Assembly (NCBI GenBank): GCA_051294375.1
Contig: JBJCIZ010000282.1
Span: forward strand, 355,101-385,301
Origin: Paraspadella gotoi
Lineage: Eukaryota; Animalia; Chaetognatha
DNA: 30,201 bases
Direction: 5' to 3'
Of the stretch, positions 9,377 through 20,947 are shown in pieces (the first letter of the stretch is position 1; every line of letters starts with the position of its first letter). Both the position numbers and the translations under genes were made by a program. The notes under the pieces were generated by a model. It was not told the DNA's origin and did no database searches. It saw nothing but the letters and a program-made list of their open reading frames with translations.

Positions 9377-11046
9377 ATGTCTCGTACAGTTGCCCGTGAT
9401 TTGATGGGTATGGAGTTGTTACTAGGATACTTTGCTGAAAGCGATAATCAAACGCAGAGAGGGGTCAGACATTATGTTATGGAATTGGCGAACGGTATCG
9501 AAATGTTTAGAAAATTTGCCAGGTTGGCTAAGTATGATCCGACGCCGGATACAGTCGCCGAGGCTTCGCATCAGAGGAAGCTTTCTGAAGAAGACGACTC
9601 AGCAAACTCTACGATGTTATCAATGTAATCTCGGCTTTGGAGACTGACCGGGCGAGGACGGTTCTCGATGGGGCGAAGCGTGCCCTCAGAGACTCCCTGC
9701 GCCAGGAGCAGCGCCGTCGACCATCTCCGGTTCCGTGCGGCGTCGTTCCGCCAGTGCCGTTCGCGTCGCAGAGATGCTTCTCAGCCGGAGATGTCCGCCC
9801 AATAGGTGAGGAATTTGGATTGAATGGCTGTCGCCTCACAGCTCAAATTGGGTCGCCGAGCCGGATCTAGGAGTGCCCATCGCTACGTCAAGTCGAACGG
9901 TAATATTGTCAGGACCCTCGACTTCGCCCCGAGAAAGGTGGGCTCACATCGTCACGCGGATCGCTCGCATCGCAGAAACGTCACGCGATGGAGGCGTCGA
10001 AAATCGCTGACAAAAGAGCAGGTTAGAGATAGAAAAATTGAAGGCAGAGTGGGCGAGTGAAAAGAGACAGATGCAGCTCGAAATGGAAAGCAAAGAGAGG
10101 CAGCTGAGGCTGGAGATGAAAAAAGAGAGAAACATTTTAAATTAGAGCTGGAGACGAAAGAGAGACAGCTGAGGCTGGAGATGGGAGCCAAGGAGTTGGC
10201 ACGGAAGGAAAAGAGACCGAGATGAGGCGTTTAAATGCAGAGCGATGATCGAGAGCATGACTTTTGACGGAATGGAGACGGTGTGGGAGACGCCGCATGG
10301 AGCCCAGTTACTGCCAACCGGACGCCCACCGTTCCAGCGGAGCCAGCTCAGAAGACGCCGACGCCACCGCCTAGTAGAGCGCCGACACCACTAGCAGCAG
10401 CAGCCGCCGCGCTGTAAGTACCGAATCGAGATGAAAATGACCCCGGATGGATTTCCAGGTGCTGATTGATGATGAAGAAGAGGCGCCGAATTTAGCGAGA
10501 CCGGAAGTGGCACGCACAGCCGAGCCGTCCGCACCAAAGGTCAGGCAGTTGTCCCCAATCAGACCAGTCGCGGAGCAGGTCGACCCAGCGATAGTGCCGA
10601 GCAGAGAGAGCCCGAGACCGATCAAAAACACAGCGACGCCACCAACGAAGCCGCTGACAGCACAAGCAGAAGCAACGCAGATCAAACTTTCCTTTAAACC
10701 TCGTCTCAAAGAAGAGCCACCGCCGATCGGAACAATGGTGAGTTCTTCTCCAAATACGATGATGTCGCTGACAAGAGAGACGAAGCTGAAAATGATGCTT
10801 ATAAGCGCGGAGAAAGTCAGGTTAGAAATTTGGCAAAGTCAAAATAGCCTTTTCGGTCGTGCGTTAATCAGTGCCGAGTTTAAGCACTTGAAAATTTGCT
10901 GCCTTTCCGCGGAAAAGAAAAGGTCGGGAAAATTTGAGTTTAGATTCGCCGTGTTGCTGGTTTTTTCAACATGGAAATTTAAAAAAGGAGAAATTCACTC
11001 CAAATTGCGGAGGCTCATGCCCGGATGGCCGCTGCCGTCATTTTAA
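9377..11046 (+). pseudogene. Fragmented orphan ORF with a coiled-coil repeat and Pro-rich region; possible divergent gag or accessory protein
   Basis: ATG at 9377 follows an A-rich leader. Successive ORF pieces lie at 9377-9628, 9637-9870 and 10447-11046, with repeated KERQLRLEM at ~10065-10190. Confidence 0.4.
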
Positions 11047-11377
11047 AGTTTCACGTCAACTCTGAGAAGGAAAATTGGAAACAGGTACGGCCATTGCCCA
11101 ATGGAAATGATTATTATTAATGGTTTAAATTATTGCCTGGAGACTGAATTTTTCATGTTGTGACTCTCAATACAATAAATATGACAATACACTACAATAC
11201 GTCATGTGACGAATGAAATTAAAAACCCTCTGACGTTTGCTTGGATTGAGACATTTCGCCGCTGATTTGAAAAAAAAAAACTTTGTCACGCTTTAGAAGA
11301 AATTAAAGTGATGAGTGGTTGCTCTTTATGATCGTTATGAAAGATTAATATGTTTACAAGTCGTCATGGCCAGTGGT

Positions 11378-11890
11378 AGCGCCATGTTTGTTTTTATACC
11401 TTCACGAAGGAGAGTTGGAGGTAACGGATTAAATTATTGTCATTGATGGGAAAGGTTCCATCCCCAAAGTCACGTGTTCGGACATGGCAAGGAGGAGCGC
11501 CATGTTGTCATTATACCTTCACAAAGAGAGTTGGAGGTAACGGAATTCGATGTCCCGACTTTCATCCCTAAAGTCACGTGTTTTGTTCACGGCCGAGAGG
11601 ATCGCCGTGTCAAGTCTTGCTTCTTCAGCTCAAGGAAAGGCAGCTGGATGGGGAGGAGAACCGACTCAGCCCAAGAAGGTGAGTCGGAGAAAAAATAAAT
11701 TGTGGGACGGAACGCACAACAAAGGTCAGTTGAAATTTGGGGAAAAAGGTCATCCCCAAAAGTCACGGTCAAGAGAAATGCCGTGTCAAGTCTTCAGCTC
11801 AAGGAAAAGCTGGAGGGAGAGGACTGACTCAGCCTAAGAAGGTGAGTCGGAGTTGAAATCGTCGTGGAACGGAACGCACGACAAAATTCG
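11378..11890 (+). repeat. Two overlapping tandem duplications (~118-bp and ~190-bp periods) containing a conserved hairpin
   Basis: agcgccatgtt..tataccttcac..gagagttggaggtaacgga at ~11378 and ~11496. gccgtgtcaagtctt..cagctcaaggaaa..gactcagcc.aagaaggtgagtcgga..acggaacgcac at ~11604 and ~11780. Confidence 0.85.
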
Positions 11891-12399
11891 GCCCAGCCCA
11901 AACAGGGGGACCGTCAGCAAACAAACAAAACATAAAATAATTAGAGAAAATAAGACAAAAGAGTAAGCAGTCTCACTGTTCAAAGAAAAATGACAGCGAC
12001 GAGAGAGAAATTCCAGAAAACGTTTTAGTTGAATTCCTTAAAATTGAGTGATACAAAGTTTGAGCGCGGTTTGTAGACGCACTGTAAATCTAAAGAAAAA
12101 CGGGTCACAAAACACGTTTAAAAAAAAAAAAAAACAAGTCACAGGCAAGTTTGTTTATTGCCGTTTCATACTTTATATGGTTGTTATGATTCACACTTGA
12201 CATTGCCTTTATTGCATTGGTGATAATTATTATGATGGTTATAATGGTTTATTATTGTTTGACGTCATGATGTATGTTATGATTATATCCGAGAAGTGGA
12301 TACATAATAAAATTCTTACTATTTCAACCGCGAAACACCTTCGCCCCGAGCGAAACGGGGGGAGGGAAAAATCGTTAGTTTTCAACGGCGGCGAAGGAA

Positions 12400-12598
12400 C
12401 GGCGCCAGTTTTTTGGAAGTAGCCAGCGTCAAGATGGGAGTCATCGATCAATGCCGGCTTTTTGAAGTAGCCGGCGTCGCAGCGGAGGCGGCAGTGTGAG
12501 TATGTTGCAATTGTTGAAATTACTGATCAGTGCCGACCTTTGGAGTAGTCAGCGCTGCAATGGAGGACGGCGCCGACCTTTGGAAACAGTCGGCGCCG
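12400..12598. repeat. Array of 3-4 degenerate ~30-bp hairpin repeats
   Basis: cggcgccgac-ctttggaaaca-gtcggcgccg (12568-12598); gccggct-ttttgaagt-agccggc (12453-12475); cagtgccgac-ctttggagta-gtcagcgctg (12528-12557). Confidence 0.7.
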
Positions 12599-13067
12599 CA
12601 GTAACGGCGAGCGGACGGGAAACTGCAGTCGTCGCAGTCAATAGCAGCAAAGCAGAGTCAAGCAGCAGCAGCAGCCAGCGGAGCGGAACTAAGCATAGCA
12701 GCGCGGCAGACCGGATGCAGAAGGCGCAGCATTGCAGAGTCAAGAGGCGCAGCATTACGGGGGGAGGGCGCCGGTAAGTGTCACCGCGATTGCCCAACGG
12801 AGAAAATTTCTGGAAATTGGGGGGAGTGTAAAGAAGACGGCAAACGCAGCGGCACTGACGCGGCGCCGGCGCGGCAAACTCGTTACGTCACAACGCTAAG
12901 CAGCGCCGCGAATCGAAGAAACGGCGCATACCGAGTTTGGGAGACAAAGAGACGGCATGGGAATTTTGCTGAGAGAAATGATTTTTTTGACTTTCTCTAA
13001 ATAATAGTAATTTTCGAGATCGAGATTTGGTCGAAGCCGGAACCAAAAGATGTACGGTTTTTACCTT

Positions 13068-13168
13068 TGTTACGACATATGGTTCCTCAATAAATGGTTT
13101 GTGGGTTACGTCGGTGTATTAATCGTTTAGCAAGAACGCGAGGCTCAGCGCCCGGGACCAAATTAACA
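13068..13168 (+). repeat. 101-bp short LTR-like direct repeat, copy 2
   Basis: TGTTACGACA...AATTAACA; near-identical to 8719-8819. Confidence 0.85.
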
Positions 13169-13170
13169 AA

Positions 13171-14935
13171 GTGGAAAAGGAAATGATCCAAATGAACGAC
13201 ATTAAGAAAAAGGCTATGAAGGATATTGACGAAAAGATTGAGAAGAAAACTCAATTGTATAATGAGGCTTGCACTGTGCTTGGAACCAACGCAACTACGA
13301 GCACCATAAAAAAAGAACGCCGGACTTCCTCTTTAGAGAATGATTTGAGAAATGAGATGAATGAATTGAAAAGAGCAATAAGGAGTATCAACGAACGTCT
13401 GTCGACAATGGAAATGGTCAAAGATAAAGCTATGGTCGAGGTAGAGGATTGCTGCATCAAACATGAAGAAGATCTAAGAAGGCAGGAAAGAAGAATTCAT
13501 CGGCTGGAAAGTTCAGTTCAGGAGCTGACTCAACCACTGGATAGAGAAAGAAGCAGGCGGGTGAGCTTTGGAGGCACCACAACTCGCGACATCACTCCGA
13601 ACCCAGCTCCTTCAACTCCCAGCCCTGCTACAACCGATTCTACTATTGCTGCATCTTTGCCTGCTCCAATACCGACGACGGTAGCACCTCTCGACAATTC
13701 CATCATGGGACTATGGGTCAAACAACAAAAGAGGGACTCCATGCTCAGAACCGTGGAACAGGGAAGGCCCAAGAAGCTTTTCTTTGGTGAGAATGTATCT
13801 TCAGGACCTGTGTTTGAAATGCATATGAGAGTGTATGAAAGACTGATGGAACAAGCTGAAGCAAATGATCAGGTCAAATTGCAAGAATTGAATCATTGGT
13901 TTACCGGATTGGCTGAAATGAAGCTCAACAAATTCATTGTGAAAAAAGATCAGTACAATGAGAACATCAAGGATGCTTTGGAAACCCTCTGGAAAGAATA
14001 TGGTAAGAAAAACGCAAGTATCCATGACATGCTGAAAGAAGTGCTGAGCAAGCCAAAGATTACCTCTGGGAACCGAGTGGAACTTGACAAGCTGACCACC
14101 GTATTGGAAAATATCAAGGCCCTAGCTGAGCAAAACGGCAAAGGCAAAGAACTGGACCGGGACACGGTGATCAACGAGATCTTGGAGACACGCTGCGACT
14201 TCTTGAAGACCGACTTCACGAAAAAAGACGCCGAACACCAATATGATCACGGAAAAAGGCTAAAATTTGACGATTTCATCGCTTATTTGAAGAAGAGAAT
14301 AATTTACAAGAAAAGCGCCTACGCCAAACAAAAGAAGGTCACGGTCGACGTCGCCGCCAACAACGTCAACGAATCTCTCCCGAATTCCAACGGCGGGGGT
14401 AATACGACGACGGTCAAGTCTTCAAGGGTCACTCAAGGATCACCACCTCCACCCTCTCATCCATCTGGAAAGGTGAAAGTTGAAGAGACGAATGTTGCCT
14501 TGAATCATGTGAGTTATGTAATGGATAGATGCTGTCCTTGTTGCAATGAATGGCATTACCTAGAATCTTGTTCAACTTTTAAAAAACTTTCAAAGGATGG
14601 AAAGATTGATGTGATGAAACGAAATGGTTTGTTTTAGATTTTTGGATAAGAACCACATGGCAAAACAATGCACTGAACCCAAAGAGGCTTGTATGGTTTG
14701 TTACGGGTCTCATCATACTATTATGCATGATGCTACGTCTTTTACTCCAAGACAGGACCCAATGACATATGCTAAAGTGGTTGCAACATCACCGGCTCGA
14801 ACCCCAAACCAACCACCACCGAGGAACACCAGCCTCAACATGACGCCACTCACTGCTGCTGCCGCAAGGACGCCGCCATCGCCAAACACCTCGTCGATGC
14901 GACCGGCTACGGCGCCTCCAGCAATGTCAAGTTGA
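13171..14935 (+). pseudogene. gag: BEL/Pao gag (coiled-coil N-terminus, three Cys/His knuckles), one frameshift near 14630
   Basis: CPCCNEWHYLESC, CFRFLDKNHMAKQC, CMVCYGSHHTIMH: the three-knuckle arrangement typical of BEL/Pao. Confidence 0.9.
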
Positions 14936-17900
14936 CTAGCCGCAGCATCAACTTCCGGTGAGTCGTTATACCGGCCTGTTGTACCTGTGGTAATTGAATG
15001 GAATGGACTGAAAAAACCGACTTGGGCTATGATTGATACTGGATGCAATAGATGTGTGATCAAGAAAAGTGTTGTTGAAAGCTTAGGCATCGAAACTACC
15101 AAAAAAACTATGAAAATTCGTTCTTATGATTCAGTGACTGTGGCTGAGAAACAAATTTGTGACATAAACTTAGAAAATCTAGAAAACGATATGTCCATCA
15201 CTATGAGAAAATGTGTGGTTGGAGATCTTCTGACAAGTGAAGACGATAGACCACCAACCAAAGATGAAGTTAAAGACATGCCTCACCTGAAAGATGTGTC
15301 TTTCTACGAATTAGACCAGAAGGAAATTGAAGTCCTCCTGCCCACTCAATTGGCCTATACAGGGACAAATGGAGAAATTAGACGAGGAGATGAGGGCCTT
15401 CCTATTGGAATGAAAACCGATTTTGGATGGACATTGATTGGTCCTCGTCAAAGTGTGGATGAAGAAACGATTGATTGCGCAAGAATGACTGCTGAATTTC
15501 TAGAAGAAGATGAACAAATTATTAGGGAGGATATCAAAAGATTGTTCTCACAAGATTTTGAGATGAACCCTAGTACCAAGAAACAGCCTTCTTTAGATGA
15601 CGAATATGTGATGCATCAAATTCAAAAATCAGATTTGACCCTGACATAGACCATTATGTCGTTGGTCTACCTTGGAGAGAAGGCAGAAGAAAAGCGGCCG
15701 AAGTTTTGAACAAACGAGATTCAAATGCCACTGCTCTAAATGGACTGAATTCTTTGATGAAAAAACTCAACAAAGATCCTGAAACTCGATCTCGTGTTTG
15801 GGAAGAGATGAAAAAGGAGGTCGATGCTGGAAACGTCCAAAAAGTTGAACATGTTGAGACTAAAGACGGCATTCCTCAATGGAATCTACCTTTAGTCGTT
15901 TCTATACGAAAAGACAAAAACAAAGTGCGTGTATGTCATGATGCTCGTTCAGCTGTCAAAGGCAAAAGTTTGAATGATGAATTATTGACTGGTCCTGACT
16001 TGATTAATTGGCATTCTACTTTGTTTCCGACGTCATGAAATTGCCATGAGTGCACATCAAGATGTTTTTCCACCATGTAGACGAGAATGATGTCCATGTC
16101 TTTTGGTGGTGGGAAGATCCTGAATGTACGAAGCTAGCTCTGTTTGAATTGAAAGTGCACAACTTTGGCGCAACTTCTTCCCCAGTAGTAGCAATTATGC
16201 CCTGCATTACCATGCCGAATCACTCATCGGAGTGTTCCCAGATGATGTGGTACAAGCCATCCTGAGCTCCTTCTATGTGGATGACTTCATCCCATCCATC
16301 CCAGACGCTGAAACAGCCAGAAAGCTCAAAGAGGGCTTGACCAAGGCTATGGCAAGAGGTTGATTTGAACTCGGAAAATGGAAGTGCACTGACCCCAAAG
16401 TGCTTGAAGAATTGGATAAAAGCGCCCAAGTTCTTACCTTGGACCAAAGAGATCCATCTCAGATGTGTCAACCTTTGGTAGTGACTGAGAAAATTTTGGG
16501 TGTTGGATTTGATTATGGTGATGATCATTTTCATTTTAGAGTGAACAAAGAGACAAAGAGACAACTGCTATCTCTACTTGCAAGTCTCTATGATCCCTTA
16601 GGGTTAGTTTCTCTCTTCACACTGAAAGGCAGAATTTTATTACAGAAAATCACTGCCCTCGACTTAGCATGGGATAAACCCATACCAAAAGATATGCAAA
16701 AAGAAGTGAATGAATGGAAAGATCAACTTCCAAAACTGGAAGAAGTGAAAATCCCACAATGGATAGCAGCCCCAGAATCTACAAATTCTCCTGCAGAATT
16801 GCATGTTTTTTGTGATGCTTCAATGGATGGTTATGGTGTTTCTGTTTACCGAAGAGCAGTTCCAAACGGCGGGGGTAAACCCCACGTAGCCTTTCTCTTG
16901 TCAAAATCAAAGGTAACGCCTTTAGATTCCATAAGAGCGGGCCATCATAACTCGATCCCAAGATTGGAACTGACAGCTGCCAGATTAGCCTGAAAAAGTT
17001 GGCAAATGATTATTGAAGAGTTTGAACGAATTGTGACGTGGACAGATAGTGAAACTGTTTTGAAACAGATACGTGATCACAAAACACGATTCACATCTAT
17101 TTTTAAAAATCGTTTATCACGTATCTACGAAATATCCAACATCGAAGATTGGAGGTATGTTCCAACAAACCTCAATCCTCCTGACGACTGCAGCCGCGGC
17201 CTCAATGTTGAAGACAAGAAGTGGGAACGATTCCACAAAGGTCCTGATTTTCTGCACCTTCCTGAAGAAGAATGGCCACTTCAGAAAATATCTATGGATC
17301 CACTACCGTATGATATGAATGTGATTGCAACCAACATTGAATTGAATGAATGCAAACAGATGGAAAAAATGAACCATTGGACGATCCAAATTTGAAAAAA
17401 AGATCGAACGATACCATCAAAAACTGAGACGAATCGCCCTTCTCAATAAGTTTCTGAGGAAAACATTGAAAAAAGAACCACTCGATCTGAAAAATCTCAA
17501 ATTGAGTTTAGATGAAATTGAAAATGCTGAACGAATGCTTATTAAAGCATTGCAAAATGCTTATTTTGAGAATGAAATGAAAGAACTGAATGAAAAAGTT
17601 GTGAACGATCCGAACGGCAGAAAAGAATTAGATTCAAGAAAATCTATCTTGAGACCACTAAATCCATTTTTAGATGAAAATGGCTTGATGCGAATTGGCG
17701 GTAGATCAATCGAATCTAAATATGATTATGATACGAAACACCCTATCATTTTGCCAAAAGATGATTCAATAGTGCATGATTTGATTAGACATACCCATAT
17801 TGTTGAATGCCATGCTGGAGCGAATCACGTGATCAGAGAACTACGTAAAAGATTTCACATCCAATGCTTTAGAAGAACTGTGAAAAAAGTTATCGGAAAA

Positions 17901-18868
17901 TGCATTGGCTGTCAAAAGAATTTTAAACCTCCGGCAATCCAAAAGATGGAGCCATTCCCTGAAGACCGACTCCTACACGGCGCACCATTTGAAGTAACCG
18001 GCATCGATATGTTCGGACCCTACAAAGTGAAAATCACAGGGAGAGCCGTACATAAAAGATGGGTTGCGTTGTTTACATATTTGAAAATGAGAGGAGTGCA
18101 TTTTGAAGTATTAGACGATATTTCTAGTTCATCTTTTATAAATGCTTTGATAAGATTCAATTCTCGTCGCCCGGGACCTCGAAAATTCGATTCTGATAAT
18201 GGAACTAATTTTTGAAAAGCAAATCTCGAAATTCAAGAGGCGATAAATGAATGGAATAGTCAACAAATGAGCAATCATTTGTTGGAGTATGGATTTGAAT
18301 GGGTTTTCGGACCACATAATGCTCCCCATTGGGGTGGAATTTGGGAAAGAATGGTTCAATCTGCAAAACGCCATTTAGACTCAGTTTTGAAAAAAGAAAA
18401 TTTGACTCTAGAAACCTTCACCACTGTATTAATACATGTAGAGGGCGTTCTCAACAATAGACCGCTTACACAAGAGAGCGATGATGTGAATGATTTCAAT
18501 GCAATTAGCCCCGCTGATATTCTCTATCCTGGCGTAGTCATTCCACCCGAGTCATAGTCAGGTGATGACCTTAGGTCAGAATGGAAAAAATCACGAGGTC
18601 TGGTTGATGAATTTTGGAATAGATGGAGAGACGAATATATTTTAACTCTCCAAGCTAGAGAAAAATGGCAGAAAACTGAACCGAATGTTAAGATTGATCA
18701 ATTAGTTTTGATTGTTGATGAAAATCTACCGAGAGATGAATGGAAACTTGGCAGAATTGAACGAGTGGATGATGAATTAAATCATGTGAGAAGAGTGATG
18801 ATTAAAACTGCTAATAATAAATATTTTTAACGTGAAGAAACAAGATAGTATTGCTAGAATGTAATTGA
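14936..18868 (+). pseudogene. pol: BEL/Pao pol (protease, RT, RNase H/peptidase A17-like, integrase, DUF5641-like), multiple frameshifts and stops
   Basis: MIDTGC; KTDFGWTLIG; KVRVCHDA...SLNDELLTGPDL; HNFGATSSP; FYVDDF (~16271); LYDPLGLVS; LHVFCDAS; IPRLEL; WTDSETVL; WRYVPTNLNPPDDCSRG; HIVECHAG..CIGC; GIDMFGP; SDNGTNF; PHWGGIWERMV; FWNRWRDEY...WKLGRI. Confidence 0.95.
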
Positions 18869-19067
18869 AATTTGATGTTCATTTAATGAACAAAATAAAA
18901 ATGAAAATAGACAAAATCATTTGCATACTAAATGATTAAGTCTGAATGAAAAGATTAAAATGAATGAAAAACGTCAATAAAAAGGAGCAAAGAAATAGTT
19001 AAAATTATAAAACTAACACATTTATCAAAATTTAAATTAACAAATAAAACTTATGAATTTAGTTAAC

Positions 19068-19323
19068 CCGACCTTATGGTAATGGGAAAGCCGACGGCAA
19101 CCAGCCAGAGGAGTGCGGCGTCGAAAACCGCCGGCCGACCCGACCATCGCGTCATTGGAAAGCCAGCGGCAACCAGCCAATGGAATGCAGCGTCGGAAAC
19201 CGCTGGCCGACCCGACCATTGCGTCATGGGAAAGCCAGCGGCAACCAGCCGGAGAATTACGGCGCCGGAAACCGCGGACCAACCCGAACTTCGCGTTAAG
19301 GGAAAGTTAGCGGCAACCAGCTA
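19068..19323 (+). repeat. 72-bp tandem repeat, about 3.5 copies
   Basis: Unit ccgacc...ggaaagcc..cggcaaccagcc...cggcg.cg.aaaccgc.gg.c.ac; translates as a 24-aa repeat (GKPAATS...AGRPDH). Confidence 0.9.
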
Positions 19324-19664
19324 ATTCTCGAGAGCGAAGAATGTCAGAATGAATGTGCAGGCCATCCCTTCCGCGCGCGGCCATGCAGCGTGGAAAGCGC
19401 AGTAGGCAAGGTGTGGGCCACCCAAGGGCGCGGCGGTGCCAGCTCGAGGGGAGGCACAGTATTCATCAACCGGACTAAAAACTTTCCATCTATGTTCGAT
19501 ACGCCACCACGTGGAAGCCAAAATGGATGCGGGCGTGGCGGACCAAAATTGAAAGAAGAAATGGAACGAACGGCGCGCGCGCAAAAGATCGTCGGAACAA
19601 GACAATGACTCCGTCCAGGAGAAGTTGACGGAATACTAACGACCAACAAAGACCAACAAAAAAA

Positions 19665-20200
19665 GTGAATTTCAGTTTTCGAGTCAAAGAGATATCGAAA
19701 ATACAAAACAAAATTAGAAAAAACAATGAAGTATTCAAATTTGGAAGCGCGGTGCCGGAAGAACCTGTCTTCAGAAGTCTAGACATCCGTGAGAATGTTG
19801 AGAGAGTGCGTGAGACGGTAACCATCCGCGGCGAGGATCCGAGTGAAGAAACAATAGAACAAGAAGAAAAAGAACATGAACACGAAAACGAACACAAACA
19901 GGAACAAGAACAAAACAGAAACTGGAACGACCGGATCGACGACCCAACAGACGACAAAAATGACGATTATAAGACAATTGAAGACGAAGACAAAATGCTC
20001 AGTCCTCAGCCAGGAGAGGAAACCTTGGAAGTGAATCGTGATTCAGAAGAGGAGGCGTCCATTCTGAAGGAGTGAGAGCGTGACGAATGATCTAAGCGGG
20101 TGACCGACAAGCTGGCGGACTTGTCGGGAAAAGATGCGCAACGCACGCAAAAGACTATAACCCTGCTAGAATCCCCAAGGTACTTTTCAGTGATCTCGTA
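19665..20200 (+). pseudogene. Acidic orphan ORF in the 3' region after BEL pol
   Basis: 136-aa Glu/Asp-rich ORF 19665-20075; the frame continues through stops to ~20200. No domain recognised. Confidence 0.3.
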
Positions 20201-20736
20201 AGAGAAAAAGCCTGTTCTACCCTCCCTATGATGAAGGATTCATATAGAAATTAGAACTGAAATTAACCTTTTTAATAAACTTATAAACTATAATTAAAAT
20301 TAAAAACTCGTATAATAATTTTGTAATTTTTTTTTCTCTACCCAAATAAATCCCCCAAACCCGCCAATGAACCTGAATGAGTATGAATGTGTAACAAAAA
20401 AGAAATCGATGAAAAAACGACTGAATGAAACAATGTTATTTGCATAAAGCAGTATGAAAAAGAATAACTTCTGACAATAACAAAATAGATACAATCCAAC
20501 GATATTATAAAAGGATGAAAATTAAAAAACAACGAGACAAAGAAAAACAGGACAAATAACAGATAGAAAACAGGAGATACAAAAAACTCAAGAAAAATAA
20601 ACAGAACTGTAAAAACAAAAAAAACCATTAGACACAAGACAAAGAAATCTAATAATAATACAAGATAACAAACAAACATTAAAACATATCAAAATTCACT
20701 CAGAATTTGGCCGGTTATCTTACCAAGATAACCCAA

Positions 20737-20834
20737 ATGAACAAATGAACGAATAAACAGACAAAAGAATGAACGAATAAATGAACGAACACATGAATGA
20801 ATGAACCGATGAACAAATGAATGAATGTATGAAT
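20737..20834 (+). repeat. Degenerate (GAAT/GAAC)n microsatellite
   Basis: atgaacaaatgaacgaataaa...atgaatgaatgaacc...tgaatgaatgtatgaat. Confidence 0.75.
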
Positions 20835-20928
20835 ATCTTTCCTCAACCCCTCAAACAGCTCTTCAGGAACCAAGATGTCATCGAAAGAAGAACAAGATGA
20901 AGATCATCGGAAACTCCATTTCCGAAAC

Positions 20929-20946
20929 AAGAAGAAGAATAGGGGG
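20929..20946 (+). promoter_or_regulatory. Polypurine tract (PPT)
   Basis: aagaagaagaataggggg lies 1 nt before TG at 20948. Confidence 0.6.
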
Positions 20947-20947
20947 T

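Larger units (their letters stand above)
8719..13168. mobile_element. Putative non-autonomous LTR element (TRIM/LARD-like) with short LTRs and no pol
   Basis: Bounded by the two 101-bp TG...CA repeats. No TSD, canonical PBS or PPT was identified. Confidence 0.45.

Noticed and set aside
12549-12797. Leu-rich hydrophobic minus-strand ORF
   Set aside because: Mostly explained by the (CAG)n-like tract read as CTG; it also overlaps the hairpin array.
13025-13047. TGGTCGAAGCCGGAA as a degenerate tRNA-Tyr PBS for the BEL element
   Set aside because: Needs two indels relative to TGGTCCTTCGAGCCGGA and has no adjacent LTR-terminal CA.
19068-19323. CRISPR-like regular spacing
   Set aside because: The 'spacers' are homologous to each other, there are no cas genes, and the context is eukaryotic TE DNA.
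20338-20679. Highly hydrophobic 113-aa minus-strand ORF that looks like a membrane protein
   Set aside because: By-product of an A-rich low-complexity tract (T-rich codons give Phe/Leu/Val).
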